Assembly: GCA_002433895.1 (NCBI GenBank)
Contig: DJJA01000001.1
Span: 81,438-125,384, forward strand
Direction: 5' to 3'
Source of the DNA: Candidatus Gottesmanbacteria bacterium UBA6580
GTDB taxonomy: Bacteria; Patescibacteriota; Microgenomatia; UBA10105; UBA927
DNA length: 43,947 nucleotides
The position numbers were made by a program, and so were the translations under genes. The notes under the pieces are model-generated. The model had not been told where the DNA came from. It saw only the letters and a list, made by a program, of their open reading frames with translations, and did not search any database. Each line of letters begins with the position of its first letter. The stretch's first letter is position 1. Below, in pieces: positions 37,615 through 43,947 of this stretch.

Positions 37615-39358
37615 AATTACGACCCATCTCCACCTTATTATCCTTGTGGCCATCATTGCTCTGGCTGCAGTGTTTCGGCTAACCGGTATTCACTGGGACA
37701 GCAAATCACACCTCCATCCCGACGAACGGTTTCTCACAATGGTAGCAACAGAAATAACGCTGCCAAACTCTCTTCAAAGCTATCTGGACACCCGTACGTC
37801 TCCGGCAAACCCGCATAACAAAAAATTTTCATTTTACGTATATGGTACGTACCCTATGCATATTGCAAAATTCGTGGCAACCGTTTCCCACCAGCATACA
37901 TACGACGGTATAACAGTCGTGGGGCGCATACTTTCAACCGCTGTTGACCTGGTTACATTGCTTCTTGTATTCCTTATTGCTTCACATCTTTCTAAACGTC
38001 AAAGCGTCGGACTGCTTGCCGCTTTTTGTTATGCCATCAGTGTACTCCCTATCCAACTATCACATTTTTTTACCGTTGATCCCTATATCACCTTATTCAC
38101 CACTATGGTGCTCTGGCAAATAATACGGGGCCGGATGGGATTTCTCCTGGGTGTCACCGCGGGACTTGCGATCAGCGCTAAGGTTTCTGGCGCACTCATT
38201 CTCCCTGTTATCGGTATAGGATATTGCATGCTCTGGCCTTGGAACGGACAATCAAAAACGATATGGAAAACCAGGAAAGAGCTCGTTATAAAGGCGCTCT
38301 TCTTTCTTCTCGGTTTATTCCTCACGCTCAGGCTCGCATATCCGTATCTGTTTGTAGGTTTTTCCGTAAACCCACTGATACTCGCAAATTGGAAACAGCT
38401 CGCGTCATTTAACGAACCTACCACCTCATTTCCACCGGGACTTCAATGGGTGTCCGTCTTGCCGACACAACCTACCCTTGATTTATTAGTCTGGGGCTTC
38501 GGCATTCCTCTGACCGTCTTTGCAGTTACTACACTCATACGTTTACTTCAAATTGCCATCAAAAAGCGCACGCTACCGGAAGCTACACCGCTTATACTTT
38601 GGATTGTGCTTGTATTGGGCTATCAATCACTGCAATTTGCGAAACCCATGCGGTATTTTTGGCCAATCTATCCATCGCTTGCCGTTCTTTCGGGATTAGG
38701 ACTGTCGTATGGGTATACCTTTCTCACAAAAAATACACGGCATAAATTCATCCGTTATGCGGTATTTTTTATCATCACTACGATACTGCTTATATGGCCG
38801 ATATCGTACCTCTCTATCTACACAAAGCCACACACACGCATTCGCGCATCAGCGTGGATGTATCAACATATTCCTGAAGGGCAAACAATCGCGTGGGAAC
38901 ATTGGGATGATCCCCTGCCATTTCCCATGGAAGGATTTCCAGCGCCGTCAATCTATAAACAAATTCAACTCCCGTCATTTGACCCAGATGATACGGACAA
39001 ATCTGAAAAAATCATGGCTGTCGTTAGGGAATCTGACTATATTGTGCTCTCCAGCAATAGAGCATACGGCGCATTACTAAAATCAAAAGAAAGATTTCCG
39101 TTTATGGCCGATTTCTATACCCGGCTTTTTTCAGGCGACCTTGGCTTTGAGCTTGCCGCCCAATTTACTTCCCGCCCGACCATACCTTTCCCGTGGACGA
39201 ATATTTGCTTGTACGTTCCGGGTTTTGGGTATGGAGCCGCGTCCAGAATGCTTGAAGAGTGCGACGAGGGGGGTATTTCCTTTATCGATGACTATGCCGA
39301 CGAAACATTTACGGTATACGACCATCCGAAAGTACTTATATTCAAAAAAGTGAAATAA
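37607..39358 (+). CDS. GT39/ArnT-like (PMT_2) GT-C glycosyltransferase
   Basis: FRLTGIHWD...HPDERF, YVYGTYP, QLSHFFTVD, MRYFWPIYP, ETFTVYDHPKV. Confidence 0.88.
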   Translation: MSKITTHLHLIILVAIIALAAVFRLTGIHWDSKSHLHPDERFLTMVATEITLPNSLQSYLDTRTSPANPHNKKFSFYVYGTYPMHIAKFVATVSHQHTYDGITVVGRILSTAVDLVTLLLVFLIASHLSKRQSVGLLAAFCYAISVLPIQLSHFFTVDPYITLFTTMVLWQIIRGRMGFLLGVTAGLAISAKVSGALILPVIGIGYCMLWPWNGQSKTIWKTRKELVIKALFFLLGLFLTLRLAYPYLFVGFSVNPLILANWKQLASFNEPTTSFPPGLQWVSVLPTQPTLDLLVWGFGIPLTVFAVTTLIRLLQIAIKKRTLPEATPLILWIVLVLGYQSLQFAKPMRYFWPIYPSLAVLSGLGLSYGYTFLTKNTRHKFIRYAVFFIITTILLIWPISYLSIYTKPHTRIRASAWMYQHIPEGQTIAWEHWDDPLPFPMEGFPAPSIYKQIQLPSFDPDDTDKSEKIMAVVRESDYIVLSSNRAYGALLKSKERFPFMADFYTRLFSGDLGFELAAQFTSRPTIPFPWTNICLYVPGFGYGAASRMLEECDEGGISFIDDYADETFTVYDHPKVLIFKKVK

Positions 39359-39368
39359 TTGGATCATC

Positions 39369-41021
39369 ATGAATGCGCTGAGTCTTTTTGTCGTCTTACA
39401 GATGCTTATCCTCGTTGTCCTCGACCTTGTGGTTCCGCACAAAAACTCACTTGGCGTCGTCGGAGTTACCTACTGGTCACTCTTGTGGCTCACCCTGTTC
39501 GTATACACCGGATACGCACTCACACGCCTTTCTCACACCCTCATCCAATCAAGAATGTGGATTACCACCATTGTCGCCCTCTTGTATCTGGGTACATTTA
39601 TTGTGTCACTTCCTGACGCGAGGCATTTATCCGGCGAAAGCACCAGAGAAATTTCATGCGTCATAGCTCACCTCACCAATACAAAAGATATGGGGTTTTC
39701 GTCCGTCTGCCATTTGGGATATCCTGCACGGCAATTTTATATCCCTGCTGTTCCCACAATGCTTTTTGGTAGATCACTCGTTGCGTTGCAAACTGGCAGC
39801 TTACTATATTTTATAGCCGGATTTATCGTATTTGTACGGGGTCTTGTCATCGCCAATAAACGCCATAAACATGCCGACCTCACCGGTGGGATAATCCTTA
39901 CCACTCTCTTTCATTTTCATATGGCGACGTACATTGTTCTCACCTTTGAACAAGCGGTGTATCCCATGAGCTTTGGCATGTTTACAGTGGGATTGTGGCT
40001 TACATGGTTACATGAACGATCCACTGTCGTGCTCCTTTTATTAGGACTTATCCAGCTTATACTTATTCACTCCTATACCCCTGCGCTTGCGGTGATGGCG
40101 CTCAATCTTTTACTATTTCTCGTATTCGCATACGAGGCATACCGGCAAAAATCAAAACGGTGGGTGCTTTTTATCGTTATTTTTTTCGTATCTTGTCTCA
40201 GCTTATGGGTATCAGTACAAACACGATCTGACATACGGATTTTAACGACAAAAACGCCTATTACTTTTGAAATGGTATTTACAACCCTCGGAGAAACATG
40301 GCGGCATATCGTCTATAAATCCGGTACTATCCCTTGGACCTCTCCCATGTTTACCCTTCCGTTTGTTGGCACGCTTGCTCTCGGTCTTTTGGGTGTATTT
40401 GGACTTCCTATAAGCGTGATTACGCTATGGATACTCACGGTTATCGCCGTGGCAGTGATCTCCAACGGGTACGCAAGCGGCTCGGTGGACTATAAATTGC
40501 AGCGGGCCACGGTCATGATCCCCTATTTTTTGGCACTCCTTACCGAAATAAGTAAATATATCCGCGTACCCAAAAAAATACTAATCGTTATTATCTTTCT
40601 TTTTTCGATAACCGGTATCGGGACGTTTATGGACATCCGCTCAAAAAAACAGGACATGCATCAAGTGATGCTCGCGCGTTTTCTCGCGCCCCACATTCCT
40701 ACCAGCGAACAAAAAGGTATCTGGGTCGGCACCATTTTTATTGCAAGCGACGTATCACCATACATAAAAGCAGACAATTTCGAAGACGCCGCGCTGTATT
40801 TCCTGCCAGGATGGCATGGAAAAATGAAACATCTCCAGGAAAAAGAAGAAGGCGGATGCCGGTTAGAAAAAGGTATATGGGTCATCCCATCGTCACATCC
40901 ATGCTCCCGTTCGCTGCAGTCATCGGGACGAGCGAAACGGTGGGATACCGGGTGGTTTCCTGAAATTAAGGACAAAACAAAAGGTATCGCTGTAGACCTT
41001 CTTTCTATCGAATATCCATAA
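39369..41021 (+). CDS. Multi-pass membrane protein, possible GT-C-fold glycosyltransferase
   Basis: 550 aa with about 12 TM segments, an ES..E loop and LGYPARQF; third membrane gene of the operon. Confidence 0.65.
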   Translation: MNALSLFVVLQMLILVVLDLVVPHKNSLGVVGVTYWSLLWLTLFVYTGYALTRLSHTLIQSRMWITTIVALLYLGTFIVSLPDARHLSGESTREISCVIAHLTNTKDMGFSSVCHLGYPARQFYIPAVPTMLFGRSLVALQTGSLLYFIAGFIVFVRGLVIANKRHKHADLTGGIILTTLFHFHMATYIVLTFEQAVYPMSFGMFTVGLWLTWLHERSTVVLLLLGLIQLILIHSYTPALAVMALNLLLFLVFAYEAYRQKSKRWVLFIVIFFVSCLSLWVSVQTRSDIRILTTKTPITFEMVFTTLGETWRHIVYKSGTIPWTSPMFTLPFVGTLALGLLGVFGLPISVITLWILTVIAVAVISNGYASGSVDYKLQRATVMIPYFLALLTEISKYIRVPKKILIVIIFLFSITGIGTFMDIRSKKQDMHQVMLARFLAPHIPTSEQKGIWVGTIFIASDVSPYIKADNFEDAALYFLPGWHGKMKHLQEKEEGGCRLEKGIWVIPSSHPCSRSLQSSGRAKRWDTGWFPEIKDKTKGIAVDLLSIEYP

Positions 41022-42159
41022 ATAACTTGCTCCACGCCCTACTCGCCCGTGAAGCGGCAAACACCCTCACCGCTTTTTGACGGAGCGCAATAAACATTTC
41101 TTTCTTACTGACGACACTTTGCACTGCTGTTGCTATCGCCCGACTTCGGGCTGGTGGCACCAATACCCCCATACCAGTCAATGTAATCGGCACACGGACC
41201 CCTGGTAGCGCGGAGGCAACCACTGGAACACCACTAAGCATCGCCTCTACCTGCACCATTCCGAATGCTTCAGTGCTATTGAGTGACGGCAACACCAACA
41301 CATCTATACATCGGTAAAACGATCCCATCTGCTGTGGCATAATACTTCCCAAAAAAACAACAGACTTTTTGTTCTTTTTCACTAACGCCATAATTTTTTC
41401 TTTATATGCTGCCTCTCCCACCGGCTCCATAGGCCCCGCGACAACTATCTTTACTGTTTTTCCTTTCAGTTGTTGCTGAATAATAGGCAACGCTTCCAGT
41501 ACATACTCAATACCTTTTTCACTGGCAAGACGGGCTGCGACGCCTATCACGACATCGGCTTTCCCTATCTTTTTTTGTATACCGGCGATCACCTGCTTAT
41601 GTATGGTTGGCACCGGTATTGGCGGCGTTATGGCAACAACCTTTCGTTTTGTAAGACGCCGGTATAGCCTGAGTATTCTGCTCGACTCGCTATAATCCCG
41701 CGTATACGTAACAACCGTATCGGCAACCAATAGCGTTACCATATGAGAGATTTCCAAAAGTGACTGGACGATGCTGTTTACAAACCCATCAGGCAACACC
41801 ACTTCGCAGTGATACACCGCCACAATTCGCTTTCCCTGTAGCTTCGCGGCAAGTGCCGTCACCATGCCTTCAAACTGAGGTAAATGAATAACGGTCACAT
41901 CATGGGAACCTGTTAATCGCCAGGAAGAAAATACCCATGCCAGGGATATAAACCCTTTATGAAACGCAACAATCCATGGCACGCGGTACACCGATACGCC
42001 CCCGATACGCGCATTGCGCGGCAATCGCCGGTCATGATGCATGGCGATAACTGATACCCGCTTGCCCTCACGGATAAGTGTTTCGGCCCATCGGGAAGCT
42101 GCAATCGTGAGCCCGGAAACGTAGGGGTGATAATACGTAATCGAAAAAAGTATTTTCAC
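41005..42159 (-). CDS. GT4 family glycosyltransferase
   Basis: YYHPYVSGL, RLASEKG, DVLVLPS..TEAFGMVQVEAM (EX7E motif). Confidence 0.95.
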   Translation of the reverse strand: MKILFSITYYHPYVSGLTIAASRWAETLIREGKRVSVIAMHHDRRLPRNARIGGVSVYRVPWIVAFHKGFISLAWVFSSWRLTGSHDVTVIHLPQFEGMVTALAAKLQGKRIVAVYHCEVVLPDGFVNSIVQSLLEISHMVTLLVADTVVTYTRDYSESSRILRLYRRLTKRKVVAITPPIPVPTIHKQVIAGIQKKIGKADVVIGVAARLASEKGIEYVLEALPIIQQQLKGKTVKIVVAGPMEPVGEAAYKEKIMALVKKNKKSVVFLGSIMPQQMGSFYRCIDVLVLPSLNSTEAFGMVQVEAMLSGVPVVASALPGVRVPITLTGMGVLVPPARSRAIATAVQSVVSKKEMFIALRQKAVRVFAASRASRAWSKLFMDIR

Positions 42160-42161
42160 TG

Positions 42162-42734
42162 TTAGGTATGCGTTTTCTTAACAATCTCCTGCAGCGCATG
42201 TTCCAAGTATGGATGCTTCGTAGGAAATGCACGGTTACGGTCGAGCAAGTTATAAATCCAATGAATTTCCGTAGGTAACGCTGCCGATGATAAGTGCGCC
42301 ACAATATCCCAATTGTCCTCAAGATAATAATCAAACTGCATCTTCCGAATAACACGTTCCTTATATTTATGCGGCTGTTCTTCGCGTTTATTGAGCGTAA
42401 TGCTCGTAAAACATTGGCGCAAATTCCACCGATTGAGGAACTGATATAAATTCGGCTCCAAAAACGCAAACCGGCTCGTTACTAGATGCGCTTCTATGAC
42501 GCCCTGACTGGTGAGATCGCGTAGCAACTGCGCGCCGCGCGCGGGAAACATACTTGATTCATGTGCAAGCGCCCACAAACCACGCTGTAAGGGCGTTTTC
42601 GGCACAAAAAAACTTACTTTGTGTATACCCAAGAGATGCTTTTTGATAAGTGCTATCGGGAGCCGGGTCAAACGCGCGGGGTTATATGCCACCACGCCGT
42701 CAAAATCCAAACCGACAATAATTTTTCGTTTCAT
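42162..42734 (-). CDS. HAD-superfamily hydrolase (5'-nucleotidase-like)
   Basis: VGLDFDGV motif I, LVTSR motif II, conserved Lys, YLEDN motif IV. Confidence 0.85.
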   Translation of the reverse strand: MKRKIIVGLDFDGVVAYNPARLTRLPIALIKKHLLGIHKVSFFVPKTPLQRGLWALAHESSMFPARGAQLLRDLTSQGVIEAHLVTSRFAFLEPNLYQFLNRWNLRQCFTSITLNKREEQPHKYKERVIRKMQFDYYLEDNWDIVAHLSSAALPTEIHWIYNLLDRNRAFPTKHPYLEHALQEIVKKTHT

Positions 42735-42751
42735 ACCAACGGATCATACCA

Positions 42752-43059
42752 TCAAAAAACGCATTGTGGTATTCCTTCTATGGGAAGCACGCCCCGAAGT
42801 CACGCTCTTGCGACGCGAGGACGTAGACCTCGGGAGCAAGTAAGTGTACTTTTGGGGTTGACAGCCCCGCACCCAACAAAAAAACGTACCCTCTATGGAA
42901 GGTTGACAGCCTGCCCAACTATCAACCCTCCACACAAAGTACGTTCTTATTATTTGTTGGTGCGGGGTAAACCTGCCCAACTATCAACCCCCCATAGAAA
43001 GCACAATGCGTTCTATAGAATACTTCTCGTACTCGGAACTTCTTGTTAAGATCGAAATC
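42752..43059 (-). ncRNA. Candidate structured ncRNA or nested-palindrome element
   Basis: Promoter directly upstream; closing stem 43012-42991 pairs with 42784-42758; two long internal arms; U-tract after the closing stem. Several mismatches become G-U pairs on the minus strand. Confidence 0.5.
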
Positions 43060-43065
43060 TCGGTC

Positions 43066-43094
43066 ATTGTAACGCCCACCGATATCCTTGTCAA
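43066..43094 (-). promoter_or_regulatory. Near-consensus sigma70 promoter
   Basis: TTGACA (43094-43089), 17-nt spacer, TACAAT (43071-43066). Confidence 0.8.
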
Positions 43095-43163
43095 CACATT
43101 CGTCGTTACACTCCTCGGTGCAAGGACATGTATGTATAGAAAATCAACATATTTTATGCTCTC

Positions 43164-43203
43164 GCCCTGAGAGATCCGCCAGCTGGCGGAGAATCGAACG
43201 GGT
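43164..43203. repeat. REP-like palindromic element
   Basis: Perfect 16-bp palindrome tccgccagctggcgga (43175-43190) inside gccctgag...tcgaacggg. Confidence 0.55.
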
Positions 43204-43476
43204 CAACAACTATCGAATTGGGAAAAGAAGATGAAGAAAATAACGAAGAAAACAAATTGGCTATTTATAGAGCGGTCATACAATCTAAAAGAAAAAATTT
43301 AGCTTCAAAAAAATATTTGACAACTATTTCACGTTCTTGGTATTTTACCTCTTGGTATCATTCACGATTGCCCATTGCGAATGGTGCCATATATAAAAGG
43401 CATTACTATACGTAGCAAGAATCCCAAACCCAATGCTAGCGGTAGTGATGCTTTTTTATTGGGATAAACAAGAAGA

Positions 43477-43827
43477 TTAAGCGGTGACCCTACTCCTCTG
43501 TCGTGGCTTATTCGCTTTGACATGCACGGTCGTTCTGTTATCTAAAACTGCTCCCACAGAGCGATATCGACGGTCACTCGATAATGGAACAGTGGCACTA
43601 TCCCGGGAAGGATCGGTTACATCAAACCACACATGACCTTCTTCGTTCCATTGCTGAATAGTGCTCAACGCATCGGTTAGCCAGCGCCGCACCCGATCAA
43701 CTCTGCTTTTTGCCACAGCGATGTGAATATGGCGCTCAGATCCCGCAATAGTGCGACCCAAGGTCACCTTCCCGCTCAGGGCGCGCTCTTTTCTCTTTCC
43801 TTTCCCATCAAGAATAACTACTTTCAT
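43477..43827 (-). CDS. Hypothetical basic protein
   Basis: 116-aa ATG ORF preceded by TGcTATAAT (43856-43848). Confidence 0.6.
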   Translation of the reverse strand: MKVVILDGKGKRKERALSGKVTLGRTIAGSERHIHIAVAKSRVDRVRRWLTDALSTIQQWNEEGHVWFDVTDPSRDSATVPLSSDRRYRSVGAVLDNRTTVHVKANKPRQRSRVTA

Positions 43828-43947
43828 AGTGTAAGAAATCTTACACGATTATAGCACTCTGACGCGTCAATTTCCACAAAAAAATCCGCCTCATCGACGG
43901 ACTTCCTTGGTTCCGTTATTTCAGAGAGTAAATACCGGGATACTTAA

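Noticed and set aside
42752-43059. RNase P RNA, tmRNA or SRP RNA identity for the structured element
   Set aside because: GAAGTTCCGAGTAC loosely resembles RNase P CR-I, but no CR-V/P4 partner, tRNA-like ends or SRP GGAA/AGCAG motif was found.
42744-43415. Short ORFs 42744-42980 (-), 42621-43049 (+) and 43218-43415 (+)
   Set aside because: They overlap palindromic or AT-rich intergenic DNA, have weak starts and contain no recognisable motifs.

Overview
Bacterial DNA that looks like Patescibacteria/CPR (Microgenomates-like; inferred from protein style, not from a marker gene). The left 27.7 kb is one giant minus-strand ORF (GTG at 27672, open to base 1, at least 9,224 aa, C-terminus outside the window). 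The supplied ORF track misses it because no stop codon is reached. Manual translation gives this N-to-C order: pilin-like N-terminal anchor; Cys/Pro/Thr-rich stalk; Cys-pair hydrophobic hairpins; three 36-aa repeats; a divergent SecA-like SF2 ATPase; a Trp-rich membrane region; a HopA1-like lyase domain; an HExxH motif; a degenerate FHA-like domain; long helical repeats; TM + LytR-CpsA-Psr; SGNH hydrolase; PRTase-like; SAM methyltransferase; a second FHA-like domain; and the start of a GT2-like domain. Three Cys-flanked signal-peptidase-like motifs lie between modules. To the right are a small membrane protein, tRNA-Ala(CGC), tRNA-Ala(GGC), a LysM-M23 peptidase, Rho with a disordered RGG-rich N-terminus, a glycosylation cluster (DUF2298, FAD oxidoreductase, three GT-C-like proteins, GT4), a HAD hydrolase, and a ~255-nt nested-hairpin element downstream of a near-consensus sigma70 promoter (candidate ncRNA). 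All domain calls come from motif recognition by eye; no database search was run.
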